Positions 11,728-23,693 of a stretch of DNA of 64,000 bases are shown piece by piece. A program made the position numbers and the translations under genes. The notes under the pieces are model-generated. The model made no database searches. It worked only from the letters and a program-made list of their open reading frames with translations, and had not been told where the DNA came from. How positions within the stretch are numbered: position 1 is the stretch's first letter; each line of letters starts with the position of its first letter. The DNA is from Blastocladiella emersonii ATCC 22665 (Eukaryota; Fungi; Blastocladiomycota): NCBI GenBank assembly GCA_025594325.1, contig JANHCV010000016.1:497734-561733 (forward strand). Direction: 5' to 3'.

Positions 11728-14700
11728 TCACTCGTTCTCAATCACCAGCTCGCCCGCCGCCATCATCGGGGACGCCACGAGCGGCGACGACGTGACGGGT
11801 ACTGGCGGTGTCGGCGTCCTCCTCGGCGTCGCAGGCATTCCAGACGCGGCCGGCGTCATGGCAAGGAGCGACCCGCTACCAGACACGAACAGCGACCCGG
11901 ACCTCAGCGGCCCTCCCGCGTCGAACAGCTGTTCGATGCGCGCCTTCCACTCGTCCGGGTTCGTCATGCGCTCGAGCTGCTCAGTCATGCGCGCCGTGTG
12001 CTCGCCGCTGCCGATCCCGAGCGTCCCAATGCGGGTCGGCATGCTCATCATGATCGACGCGCGCGCAGCGTCCCCGCTGCTCGTCGCGATCGGGGACGAG
12101 GACAGGAGCGCGAGCGTCTCTGACCCGACGCCGACCGCGGAGCGCGCCCGCGGCCACACCCACCGGACGGGCGCCGACACGAACCACAGCACGCTGCGCA
12201 CCGCGCGGATCGCGAGGAGGACTGCCCAGAGCAGCGCCGAAAGGCCCGCGAGGAGGTAGCTGAGCAGCGTGTACGCCGTCTCGAGCACCGCGTCGTCGCC
12301 CGGCGCGCGTCGCGTCCGGCCCAGCGCGTGGTCCTCGACGCGCTTGATCTACACCCGCGGGAGTCAGTCCCGTGCACGTTGAAACCGACCAGGAACTGTG
12401 AGCGTACCGTCTGGAGATACTTGCCGTTGATATCCCACTGCAGGTCCTCCATCATCCCCGCAAGCCCGTCCGCCTCGCCTTCAATTTCACGCTGCGTGTC
12501 GCGCGCCACTGCAAGGTCGCGCTCGGCGCGCTGCAGCGCCGAGTCCCACGCCGCGAGCACCTTGCCGATCTCGGGCACCGCCGTCCACGCCGCGCGCACC
12601 TCGCCCGCTCGTTTTGCCGCGTCGCTCGCGACCGCTGACGCCCGCGAACACGCTCCGCGTACGTCGTCGAGCAGCTGCACGCCCGCGGTATCGAGCGCGT
12701 CGAGCCGCGGCGCTACCGAGTCCCCGAGGACCCGCGCGGTGCGCGCCGTCGCGAGGATCACGGCACGGTCGGCAGATGACAAAGTCCACGCGGGGAGGTC
12801 GAGCACGGCGGCGGTCGCGGGAGTCCACGAGTCGATGGTCGCGAGCCGCGACGGCTGGCTGTTGCTCGAGTCGCCGAGTGCGGCGGGGTCGACGGGGTCG
12901 GGGACGAATGCCGGGGGTGGGAGCACGAGCGCGCCGAGTCCCGTCTCCTCGTCCGCCACGTCGTCGTCGCCGCCGCCGTTGTGCACGACGACCAGCGAGC
13001 CCGACTTGGGCAGCGTGCCCGGGATCGTCTCGAGCGCGCCGCCGCCGTACGCCGCGTACTTGGGCGACGTCGCGGACGGCGGCAGCGGGCCCATGCGCGG
13101 CGAGTTGATGGGCACCGACCGCCGGCGCCCCGACTGCACCCGCACGGGCTGCTGCTGGTTGACCGGTTCAGCTGCGTCCCGCGTCGCGACGGTCGGCTCG
13201 CTCCCGCCGACGTGCCCGCCGCTGCTGCTGCGCCCCGATGTCGACGGGAGGCGGTGCTGCGACGCGCCGGTCCCCGCCGTCGACCCGATCGCTCCGCCGC
13301 TCCCCATCGCGTGCTCCCCCGACGCCGACGAGGCATACATGGACGACCCCGGGATCGCGCCGAGCGGGGCGAGATCGCCCGCGCCATCGAGACCCGGTGC
13401 ACTCGCTGCACGCGCCGCGCGGGTGAGCCGCGTATCGACGCTCGACTCGAGCGACTCGGCCGACGACGGCGGGGCCGTGGCAAGAGACAGGTCGAGCGCG
13501 AGCTCGCCGTTCTCGACCTCCCACTCGCACCACCGGCGGCGGCGGCCGAACGGGAACCCACTGCCGGGCGCTGCGGCGGCGGCAGGAGCGGTCGCGGACT
13601 GCGGAGTGGCAGCGGCGCCACCGGCACGCAGCGGCGACGACTCGGAGCCCGACGAGAAGACGGACTGCGCGGTCGTCGACACGGACAGGTTCTTGCGGTG
13701 CAGCGGCGGCGGCGCGGGTGCGGTCTGCGCGGCCTGGGCCGGGGATAGTGGGTGGTGCGGGTGGTAACGGCTGCCCGAGTGCGACGGCTGTTGGAGGTAC
13801 CGGCGGCGCAGCGCGCGGAGCGGGTTGTACCCCGGCGGGGTTGGCGGGACCGCGGACTCGGATCCCGCAGCGGAGGCGTCGGGCAGCGCGGCGTACACGG
13901 ACGCGTAGCGGTCGGAGAGGTACGCCTTGACCTGAGCCGCGCGGTCGAGGGCCGCGGGCGACGCGGGCGGGAGAGCGCCAGGCACGCTCGAGGAATTCGG
14001 GGCACGCGCCGACGGCGGCGGGATGACGGTCGGGATGGGCGCGCCGCTCTCGACGGAGGCGCTGTTGAGCGGGACGCCGAACAGCGACGACGACGTGATG
14101 CCGCTAAGTAGGACGCGTGTGCGCCGTGCTGCGTCGGGGGTGACGGCGTCGGCGCTGCTGCCCGGCGGCGTGATGGCGCCTGACGACGCGGACGAGGAGA
14201 GCGGCAGGACGGCGCCGCTCGCGCGCGAGCTCGGCGACATGGCGGCGGCCCAGGCGGGCAGCATGGCCGAGTACGCCGACGAGGAGCGCGACATGCCCGA
14301 CGGGTCGGTCGTGGCGGCGCTGCTGCTCGTGTTGCTCCCTGCCGCAGTACCCGCGCTGCGGCCCGACGTGTTTGGCGACACGGATGCGGCCGTCAGCTGC
14401 AGCGCGAGCGCCAGGGCGGCGGCGTCGGGGATGGCCTGGTCGACGGCGCGCAGCAGGTCCGCGTCGGATGCGGTCGTGGTCGCCGCGGCCGCCATGACGG
14501 GGTCGGCGGGAGCGCCACCCGTCGTTGCTGATGGTGTCTGCTGCGTCAGGAGCGACGGCAGGACGGGCCTCTGCGGGGTGCCCTGCGTCGCGGCAGCAGC
14601 ATGCAGCGGCGGGTCGAGTGGCGCTCGGCGCGGCGGACTGCTCGACGCGACGACGGCGTTCCCCGCAATAGCCGGGTCGCCAACCTCGCGCGTCGGCGCA

Positions 14701-14813
14701 GACGGTTGCTTCAGGAGCTGGCGCGTGAGGACGGCAGTGTTGCCGCGGTCGTCATCGTCGGAGCCCGAGGACGACGAGGACGAAAAGTCTTTGTTGCGCC
14801 ATGACGGGAGCAT
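11728..14813 (-). CDS. Mtc4-like protein (low-complexity N-terminus, YNPL motif, coiled coil, C-terminal transmembrane segment); intron about 12349-12407
   Basis: ORFs 12048-14948 and 11728-12288 join through a GTACGC...TAG intron. AAQVKAYLSDRY...YNPLRALRRR...WEVENGELALD, then a coiled coil and a hydrophobic segment (TLLSYLLAGLSALLWAVLLAI), resemble fungal Mtc4 as I recall it. Confidence 0.5.
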
Positions 14814-15031
14814 GGCCGTGGCGGGCGGGATCCCCAGGCAGTGTCGATGCGTAGCGTTTTCCGTGTGCTTCGTGGTGATGAGAGGGAGAACGAGAGGGAG
14901 GATGAGAACTTCGCGAGGTCGAGGTCGGCGGCGACGGTCCCCCCGCAATCTCGCGCGCGGCTCGCGGCAGCACCCCCGGGGCCGCCCGGAAGATCAAGAT
15001 CTACGTGCTAGCGAGTCTATTACATCCAAAA

Positions 15032-15934
15032 TCACCCGCTGGTGCGGAGGTTGACGGCGACACGCGTGCCCGGGACGTAGTACACGTCGCCGAGCGGAAC
15101 ACCGAGGCGCGCCTCGTCCATGGTGTAGAAGGGGGCCTCGCCGAGCGTGTCGTCGACCGAGGCCACGCCGGTGCGCGTGTCCGAGTCGATGAGGTACAGC
15201 CGCGGGGAGATCGCCGCCGTGGTTGCCGAGGCGTCGGTGCGTGCGCTCGCGACCCACACGGCGTTGCGCTGGGCCATGGCGCGCGGCGAGTAGACGACGG
15301 TGCTGTTGGCCTGGCAGAACCCGAGCGGGTACGGGAACGCGTCGGCGTCGAGCTTCGGGTACTCGAGTGCGTGGAAGACGAGGGCGACGGTGGTGGTGCC
15401 GGCGAGCGCCGGGTCGCGGCACGGCCGCCGCACCATCAAGTGTGCGTGCCACAGGTCGTACGGCGACAGCGTGAGCCCCGTCCCCGCGCGCGGGCCGGCG
15501 ATGGACTCGAACAGGCCGAGCACGTACTGCTCGAGCACGGGCGACTGCCACGGCGCGACGAGGGCCGCGCTCGACAGCACGCACCGCCCGAACGTCGGGA
15601 ACGCAAACTGCGTGGTGCGATCGACCAGGCCGGCCGTCGCAGCCGTCGCGTTGGCTTCGGGCACGAGCCGCTGCGTCGCCGCGGTGACGAGCGCGCGGAG
15701 CGCCTGCTGCAACTTCGGATCGGCCACGGCCGGGGCGGCGAGCGCGCGAGCGTACTTGGGCGGGCGCGCCGCCGGCGCCTTGATGAGCGCATCCAGGAAC
15801 GTGTCGCCCTCCTGGGTCGTGCACTTCGGGATGGCCGCCGAAGCGGAAGCGGGGACCGGGCTGGCTGACACGGACACGGCCACGACGGCGAGGGCCGCCG
15901 CGAGGGCCAGCAGCAGCAGCGATCTATGCTTCAT
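15032..15934 (-). CDS. Secreted hypothetical protein
   Basis: 300-aa intronless ORF with a clear N-terminal signal peptide (MKHRSLLLLALAAALAVVAVSVSA) and a globular-looking C-terminal domain (LVFHALEYP...FPYPLGFCQANS...MAQRNAVW). Confidence 0.7.
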   Translation of the reverse strand: MKHRSLLLLALAAALAVVAVSVSASPVPASASAAIPKCTTQEGDTFLDALIKAPAARPPKYARALAAPAVADPKLQQALRALVTAATQRLVPEANATAATAGLVDRTTQFAFPTFGRCVLSSAALVAPWQSPVLEQYVLGLFESIAGPRAGTGLTLSPYDLWHAHLMVRRPCRDPALAGTTTVALVFHALEYPKLDADAFPYPLGFCQANSTVVYSPRAMAQRNAVWVASARTDASATTAAISPRLYLIDSDTRTGVASVDDTLGEAPFYTMDEARLGVPLGDVYYVPGTRVAVNLRTSG

Positions 15935-16101
15935 GGTTTCTATCGCCCGCCGGATCTATACTGCGTGTGATTCACTGAGGGAGAGGGGAGAGGAAGCTGA
16001 GGAGGATCGCCGTTGCGAGTTGTTCGGCTGCCGCTCGCTCTCGCTTCCGACCAAACCTCTTTCTTTCTCTCCGGCGAACACCACTCGCTGCAACGTAACT
16101 G

Positions 16102-17352
16102 ATGAACTCGCGGACACCGCCAGCGACGGCCGGCGCCAAGCCGCGCCCGTTCGTGCTGGCGTACCAGGACCTCGACAACGTCGACGCCCCGACGTCGCTG
16201 TGCCGCGACACGACGCACTCGTCGCAGAAGATCGCCATCGCCGCCGACGGCGTCACGGTGCGCGGCGACAAGGGGTACCGCCAGGTCAAGGCCAACCACG
16301 GCGTCACCGAGGGCCGCTGGTACTTTGAGGTCACCGTCTCCGCCATGGCCGCCAACGACAACGCCCGCATCGGCTGGGCCACCATCGCCGCCGACCTGCA
16401 GGCACCGTGCGGCTTCGACGTCTTCTCGTACGGCTTCCGCGCGAGCCCCGGCACGCTGTTCCACGACTCGCGCCCCGTCACCCCGCCCACCGTCCCGCCA
16501 CCAGGCCTTGCCGCCGCACCCGCGCACGACGGCATGGACGTGGACGGTGCCAGCGCGCCGCCGCACCCGCTCGCGCAGGGGTACCGCGAGGGCGACGTGC
16601 TCGGCGTCATGATCTACCTGCCGCCCCCGACCCCCGAACAGCAGGTCTTGCTCAACGAGCGCCGCTGGATCCCGCCCACCACCTACAAGCAGATCAAGCT
16701 GCCGCTGCCCCTCCCGAAACTCGGGCCCAAGAGCGAGATCCGCTACTTCCGCAACGGCGTCGACCTCGGGCCCGCCTTCACCGACCTGAACCTCGGCAAG
16801 TACTACCCGGCCGTGTCGCTGTTCCGCGACGCCGAAGTCGTCGTCAACATGGGACCCAAGTTCAAGTTCCCGCCGCTCTCGCTCATCACCGAGGCCGAGC
16901 TGCCCATCATCCCGCTGCCGCCCGCCGTTACTCTGGCTGCCGCCCTCGCTGCGCAAGCGGCCGCTGCCGCGGGCGCGCCCCCGCCCGTCGACGAGGACGG
17001 CGTGCCGCGCCCCGCCAAGCTGCCGCCGCCCGAGGAGCTCGCCGCGCTCGAGGCCGCCGAGGTCAGCAACAAGCAGCGCCGCTTGTGGGCGTTCGACACC
17101 ATGCACAACTACTCGCGGTGCTTCCCCGCGTCGCGCGTACGGGATCTCGCACCGTGCATCCCGGTGATTCCTGTGGCGTCCGCGGGCGAGCCGGGTGCCG
17201 ACGGGGCGGGTGTGCCCTACGCGACCGTCTCGCCGGTCCGCCCGACCTCGGCATCCACGTCCTCGCTCGTGCTACTCTCGCCCGGGCTGCGGCCGTCTCC
17301 CGTCCGCATCGCGCCGGCGGCACCGCTCGGTCCCATCCTATCGCCACGGTGA
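16102..17352 (+). CDS. ASH2: COMPASS/Set1 complex SPRY-domain subunit Ash2/Bre2
   Basis: GDKGYRQVKANHGVTEGRWYFEV, RIGWA..LQAPCGFDVFSYGFR..PGTLFH, YREGDVLGVMIYLP, SEIRYFRNGVDLGPAFTDL and YYPAVSLF..VVVNMGPKFKFPP form the ASH2L SPRY signature. Confidence 0.9.
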   Translation: MNSRTPPATAGAKPRPFVLAYQDLDNVDAPTSLCRDTTHSSQKIAIAADGVTVRGDKGYRQVKANHGVTEGRWYFEVTVSAMAANDNARIGWATIAADLQAPCGFDVFSYGFRASPGTLFHDSRPVTPPTVPPPGLAAAPAHDGMDVDGASAPPHPLAQGYREGDVLGVMIYLPPPTPEQQVLLNERRWIPPTTYKQIKLPLPLPKLGPKSEIRYFRNGVDLGPAFTDLNLGKYYPAVSLFRDAEVVVNMGPKFKFPPLSLITEAELPIIPLPPAVTLAAALAAQAAAAAGAPPPVDEDGVPRPAKLPPPEELAALEAAEVSNKQRRLWAFDTMHNYSRCFPASRVRDLAPCIPVIPVASAGEPGADGAGVPYATVSPVRPTSASTSSLVLLSPGLRPSPVRIAPAAPLGPILSPR

Positions 17353-17435
17353 CACTCGGCTACGAAGACCACGGGAGTACATGAATAAATAGTTATTTAC
17401 ATCACACCCAGACGTGTACAGCGACACCACGAAAT

Positions 17436-20400
17436 CTAAAAGTCAAGGAGCCCGAATCGGCTCGACGCGCGGGTTGCCGCGGCCGACGCGGGGCGCGCCG
17501 GATCGCTCGCGAGGGCATCGCTGAACCGCGAGTGCGTTGACATGAGGTCCACGTCCTTGGCGAGGAGCGCCTCGATGCCGGCGCCGGCGCCCGTAGCCGA
17601 GGCGGGGCCGTGGACCGCGATGCCGAGCCCGCCGCTGCCCTCGAGGTCGTCGTCAAACGAGAACAGTCCGCTGCCTGACTTGCCCGTGGCGGTACCGCCG
17701 AGGATGCCGAACGACGGCAGGAAACCGCTTGTCGGGCGAGGGGCGGAGAAGGCCGGCGGTGCTGGAGCCGATGGAAGGAACGGCAGAAGCATCGGCACAG
17801 CGGGAGCCGAGGGAGGGACGGGCGCGCCAGAGGAGGTCGAGGCGGCGACGGGGGCGACAAGTGCGGTTGGAGCTGTCGGCGGCGCGCAGGGAGCCGGGTG
17901 CAGAGCGACGGCGGGTATTGATTCGGGTTGAGGAAGGGGAGATGGCGACCGTGCTGCGAGCGAGAGTGGCGGGGCGGGCGCCGAATGCGCCACGGGTCGC
18001 GGCGAAGGCGCAGAAGGGGATATCGGAGCCGCGACAGCTGGAGCTACGATGGCGGAAGGAATCTCGGCGACATTGGACGACAGCTTGATCGGGCTGTCGT
18101 GCTTGGGCACAAGCGTAGCGCGCGAGAGGAGATCCGAGACCGCTGCGACGTTGGTTGGTGAGGCGGACGTCGCCGGTGCCAGTACAGTCGGCGGCGAGTC
18201 TGGGCGAGGCCGCCCTGGCGTCGGACCCATAGCGGGCGACGTCAACTGGCCGCACGAGGGAACTGTGATCGGCGGCGACGGTGGCGAGGGCGGCGAGGGT
18301 GGCAAGCGAGCGGGAGCGGACACGACTGGCGGTGCCGGTGCCGGCGAGGACGCCGGCTGCGAGCCGAGCGCGGCGTCTTGGGCTGGCGCGGGTCGGTCGA
18401 CTGGATTCGCCGCCGCCACCGCAGCCGGAGACTTGCGCAAAGCAGCAGCCGGCGCAGTTGAAGGACGTGGCGAGACGGCCGAGTCGCGGCGGCCAGTCGA
18501 ACCCGGGAAGCTCGACGTGGCCACGGAGTGCGAAAGTGGCGTTCCAGAAGCAGCCGCGGGCGGCGTAGCAGTCACTGAGGCCGCGTGCGCCCGCGTGTCG
18601 ACACGAGGTGAAGGCTGACTCGGGGTCGTTGCTGACGGGGAGGCTCGAGGCTCCGAAAGCTGCGACACGCTACGCCGATTCGAGGATGGTGTCGCCTGCG
18701 GGATCGTGTCGGGCGAGGCCACACGCCGGCGTTTCGACGCCGATCCAGATAGCCCGGGGCTCGCGTTGAGCGCGGCGGGCTCATCGAGAAGCGACGAGCT
18801 GCGCTTGCGCGAAGCGAGCGCGGTGAGCGGGATCTGCGAGTGCGGCGTCATGGCGACCGGCTTGTCAATCTCCTGGGTGCCCTGCGACTGTGACCGGGCC
18901 GCGCGGGCGAGCAGCGTCATGGGACGGAGCAGGTCCGACGACGAGGAGGGGGAGGGCGTCGTCTGCGAGCGACCGAGCGAGGCGCGGCCAGTGAGACGCA
19001 GGTTGGTCGAGGCGGGTTTCGCAGTCGAGGACACGACGGACGGCTGCGACTGCGGCGTCTTGTCGGCGACGAGCACCGTGCGGGTCGCGAGCGAGGGGGT
19101 CGGTGGTGCGCGCGGGGAGACGGTCTCAGCGCGACGCATGGCCGCGGAGAGCGCGAGCGCTCCACCGGAACCGGCGCGCAGCTGAGCGCTGGGTGTCTCA
19201 CGCGAGCGATCCGAGACATTGACCGAAGCAGGTGCGGGAGATGGGGTCGGAACGCTCGACGGGCTGAGGAGCAAGCGCTTGCCGAGAAGCGGCGAGGGTA
19301 CAGCGGCAGCGGGAGCCGAGCGCGGTGCAGCGAGATGTTGCGAGGGACGCGGTGCCGTGGCAGGTCTCTCGGGTGCGACAGTGGGCGGCGGTGGTGGTGC
19401 GACAGCGGGCGGTTGCGACTGCACCGGAACGCTGCCACGTCGCGGGTCGACCAGCGCCGGCTGCACGGCAAGCGGTGGTGGTGGTGACGGCGGATTCCCG
19501 GAGGAGAAAACGGATTGAGAAGCCCGAGGCGCAGAAGCAGGTCGAGATGCGGACGACGACCGTGACGCAGGAACAGGAGCAAAAGTAGAGGCGAACCGAG
19601 TGGTGGGCGCCGACGCGACCCGAGATGCGGGAAACTCGACCTGGATGGGGACGGTTGGGGTTCCCAGCACGGAGCGAGGAACGGTTGGCGGCCGAGTTCT
19701 AGGTGCTGAGCTGGGGCGAATGACGATCCGCGGCGGCGCCGTCGGCGGGGCGATCACGGTGCCCTTGCGCGCGTCAACGCGCGGAGCCGAAGTCGCGGTC
19801 GATGAGGGGACGGTGGCGGGAGGTGGTCCACGCGCGGGCGTCGCGCGCGAAGGAGGAAGCGTCGCAGGTGACTGACGCTGCGGCACCTCGAGCGGCGACA
19901 TGACTCGGGCGGGGGTGGCCGAAGCCGAGACAGACGGAAGGCGAAGCTTCGGTGCCGAGGGGGTGGGGTGCGCAGTGTCGGGCGGAGGAAGTTTGTGCGG
20001 GGTCGAGCCGGCATGGGCAGTGTTGTACGACAGCGGAGCAGCACCAGAAGCAGGAACGGGCGCCGTGGGCGTCCTTTGGGTAGTCGCAGGGTGGGCAGTC
20101 GCAGGACGGGAAGTGCTTCCGGGTCGGCGAGCCGAGATAGGGCGAGGTTTCGGGATCGAGGAAGCGGGAGTCGCTCCGGGCGTCGTTGCGGGAACGAGAG
20201 CGGGCGCGGGGGTAGCGGCAGGTGCCGGGCCGGCCGCTAGGGGCGGAGGAGCGACATTGCCGGCACGCGGAGCAGGCGTGGACGTTGCAGCAGGGCGCGA
20301 AGCAGACGGTGCGGTACCGGTAGGACGTGGAGCCGGCGTGGAAGTAGCGGAAGCGCGTCGCGAAGCAGGTGTTTCCGTCGCACCAGCGGGCAAAGCGGGT

Positions 20401-20971
20401 GTCCCCATTGCGGCAAGACGCGGAGCCGGAGTGGCAGTAGCGGAAGCGCGCGGAGCGGGCGTTCCCGTCGCGGTAGCACGCGGAGCAGGTGTTCGCGTCG
20501 CGGCAGGATGCGGACCCGGCGTAGTGGAAGCGGAAGCACGCGGAGCAGGCGCTCCTGCTGCACTCGCGCGCGGTGTGGACGTTCCATTCGCGGTTGGACG
20601 GGAAGCCGGCGTAGTGGCTGCCGAGGTCACGGCGGCAGTGCCGGGCGCCGCGTATTTGGGCACAAAGGGCTACATGCGGACGTCGTGCGTGAGCAGCGGG
20701 TCCAGCAGGAGCCAGTTTCGAGGCGGAAACGCACTCGTTTGGTGTGGTTGTTGGACCAGTGGAGCTGGTAGCCGGCGAGCGACACGAGCGGCTTCGGGCC
20801 GAGCTCCCGCTTGGACTGCTGCACGAGGAGGAGCAGGTTGGCGCTGAGCGGGGGCAACTTGGGCGGCGGGCGAGCGCCCCCGCGGAGAGCGACCTTGCCC
20901 GTGCGGCGGAGGCCCGATACGATCCGAGGCGCGGCGGCGGGCCGGGGCAGATTCGAGCGCGTCGAGGACAT
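17436..20971 (-). CDS. Large Pro/Ala/Ser/Thr-rich, probably disordered protein; intron 20670-20734
   Basis: Exon 1 (ATG at 20971, MSSTRSNLP...WSNNHTKR) splices via GTGCGT...TAG in frame into the 1,075-aa ORF. Only the short N- and C-terminal segments look ordered. Confidence 0.6.
20250..20620 (-). repeat. Coding minisatellite with ~30-bp period encoding about 12 degenerate 10-aa repeats (consensus TPAPRASATG)
   Basis: Translation shows TPASRPTANG/TSTPRASAAG/APAPRASAST/TPAPRATATG/TPAPRASATA/TPAPRLAAMG and further copies. Confidence 0.75.
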
Positions 20972-21335
20972 TGCGCCGAGTTGTCGGTTGACTAGAGATA
21001 CATTGGCGTCTGGGTGGTGGGTGGCGGAGCAGCAAACGCGCGAGTCACTCGAAATCCAAGGTGAATCGATGGCCTGCCACGCCCATCAGCACCGACGCGT
21101 CGCCCGCATGCAGGTGACAGCGCGCGACGTCGACAGCGACGAAGACTCTGCGCGGCCCGCTCGAACTCCTTCTCTCCGCCTCCATCCCCACAATGTAGCA
21201 TCCACGGAGAACCCGTGAAACACTGTGCAACGCGGCCGACCGCATAAAGTCTCCCCGATCCCCGCGCTCCCAGCTCGACCCGCTGTCCGATCACCGCTCC
21301 TCCCCCCGCCGGCCGCTGTACCCTCCCTTCCCAAC

Positions 21336-22439
21336 ATGACCGTCACGACCCCTACTGCCGCCCCGGCTCTCGCCCCCTCGGTCCCGGTCCCTGCTGCCGA
21401 CGACATCTTTGCCCAGGTCCACGCCACGTGCGCTGCCCTCGCCGAGTCGCGCGGCCTGCTCACCGACGCCGAGGCCGGCCGTCGCTTCCTCAACGAGACC
21501 CTCACCCGCGACGTGTACGACGAGCTGGTCTCCGCCTCGTTCCGGACGCTCCCGCTGCGCTTCGACTCGGACCTCGAGCACGTCAACTTCCTCGCCGTGC
21601 GCGCCCTGCTCAACTTTGGCAGCGGGTACCGCGCCGAGCTCAAGGCGCTGACGGGCCGCGGCGCGTGGGAGAACATCCAGTTCCTGCTCATGGCCATGCA
21701 CCTCGACAGCGAGCGTCTCGACGCCAAGCGCCTGGCCTCGATCTCGTCGCACGAGGTAGCCTCGCTCGCCAACCTGCCCACCCACGTCGACGCGCCCACG
21801 GGCATGCCCGGCATCACCATGTCGGCGCCCTCGCCCGCTGCCCCGCTCATTGACCTCCTGACGCGCGCCCTCAACGACACGGGCCGCACACTGCTCGAGA
21901 TCGGGTCGCCCTCGCTCGGCCACTTTGTCATGCAGGCGATTGGCGACTCGCGCCGCGCCGCCCGCCTCGTCAGCGCCCTCGCTTCCACGTTCCCCGTGTT
22001 CCGCGACGTGGCCGCGCTCCCGTCGGGCGAGCCCGTGTACCTCCTCAAGAAGGCCCAGTACCTCGCCATGGACCTGCAGCACCTGATGCCGCACCTCGAC
22101 GCCGTGCAGTGGGTCGACGCCGCCGACATTGGCATCCCGAGCGACAATGTGATTCCCTCGGTTCTCGTGCACCTCGACATCGTGGTGCTCCCGCTCGCCC
22201 TGCGCCAGCTCCTCGCCGACGCGACCTCGCCCGACGGCCGCGCCATCACGGTCGACGCCCCAACCATGGCTGCCCTGCGCGCCGCCAGTGTCGCGGCGAT
22301 CCGCGAGATCACCCCGCACTCGCCGTTCGAGCCGCGGTCGACGGTTGTCCTCGGATCCATTGTGTGGGCGTGGGCCAAGCACGGCGACAACCGCACCAAG
22401 ATCCCGCGCCTGACGCTCAAGGAGACGTGCATGTTCTGA
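21336..22439 (+). CDS. QNG1: Queuosine 5'-phosphate N-glycosylase/hydrolase (queuosine salvage, DUF2419/C9orf64 family)
   Basis: FLAVRALLNFGSGYR, FPVFRDV, VYLLKKAQYL..DL, DNVIPSVLVHLDIV and LRAASVAA follow the Q_salvage family motif order. Confidence 0.82.
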   Translation: MTVTTPTAAPALAPSVPVPAADDIFAQVHATCAALAESRGLLTDAEAGRRFLNETLTRDVYDELVSASFRTLPLRFDSDLEHVNFLAVRALLNFGSGYRAELKALTGRGAWENIQFLLMAMHLDSERLDAKRLASISSHEVASLANLPTHVDAPTGMPGITMSAPSPAAPLIDLLTRALNDTGRTLLEIGSPSLGHFVMQAIGDSRRAARLVSALASTFPVFRDVAALPSGEPVYLLKKAQYLAMDLQHLMPHLDAVQWVDAADIGIPSDNVIPSVLVHLDIVVLPLALRQLLADATSPDGRAITVDAPTMAALRAASVAAIREITPHSPFEPRSTVVLGSIVWAWAKHGDNRTKIPRLTLKETCMF

Positions 22440-23693
22440 ACCGGCGCCAACGCCAGCGCCAGCGCCTCGATCGAGTCATGTCTCATTATCCCAATGTAAT
22501 TCAACTGTTTCTCACGCTCCCGTCCCCTTGTCCGTCGGTTGCGCAGCAAACCATCGCGTTGAGAGGTCCTCGAGTTGGCCGCGGCCATGGCCGGCGTGAA
22601 TTCGACGCGCCGAAGCCGGGCCCGCGAGGCCCTTCATTACGAGCGCAACAACGATTACAGTCACACGCCCCCATCCTGGCCCCGACCATCATCTTTGGGT
22701 CATGAGGCTCGGTCCGCAGCGTGGGCCCATGGCTGGCTTCCCGGCCACATCAGCGCGATGATGGTGAAGCAGGGCGTCGAGCTGAGCCTCACGGCGGCCA
22801 CCGACCGGCCATGGCCGCCGCCGCCGGGGCATCGTTGTTGCCACACGTTCGTTCGGCGCCGCCCACGTCCACGTCCTGCGCAGCACGGCTCGGCTCGGGT
22901 TCCCCGCCTTTCCCGGCATCAAGACAATCATCGGGTGCGTGGAGGGGTCTTGTGACGCTCATGGCCACGATGGGCCATCGTCGGCGTGGACCCATGGCCC
23001 TGTTGAAAACCACAAGAGCGATGGTTTCGTGTCGCCCCGTCGCTGCCCGCGCGATCACCTCCAGGATCACGGCGAGGGGACCGCGGCCAGCGGCCAACAT
23101 TCGCGTCACCATTGAGCGCGTTGTAGCGAACATCAACGCGGAGGATTTGCACTGTGGCGCAGTCGGGCGTTTAAGCGCAGCGAGCGCTTGGAGCACGCGA
23201 CGCGGTCATGGGGTCGGTTATAAACTGGCCTCGTGCGCGGCTTCTCTTCCAAGCCAATGAGCAGCGGGCGCGCCGCGTGGCTGTGGCGGCACGCGTACGA
23301 GATAAGCGATGATGACAGGCTACAGGACCGGCCCCAGGCCCCAGGCACGAAAACGTCATGCGACCGACTTGCCCGCAAGCTCGACCTCAAGCGACCTCGG
23401 CGCCGCCACGCACGCACGCATGTCCGTCGGCCCGAGCTCGCCTGCTGCGCCTACAAGTAGCGCGCCCCTCCCCGCACCCACCGCTGGTGCTGGCCCGCTT
23501 CCTGTCCCTGGCCGACGCAGCTGTGCTGCCTCGTGTAACCCTCCTCCCCTCCCCTCCCCACCTCCATCACCTCTCGGCGTCGCTGTTCGCGCATCGAGTC
23601 GCCCCTTTGCCGCCGCGCTCGTTGTCTCGTGTCTCGCATCGGTCCCGGACCATCTGCCGCCGTCCCCCTCCGTTTGCGCCAAGTCGGACCGCC

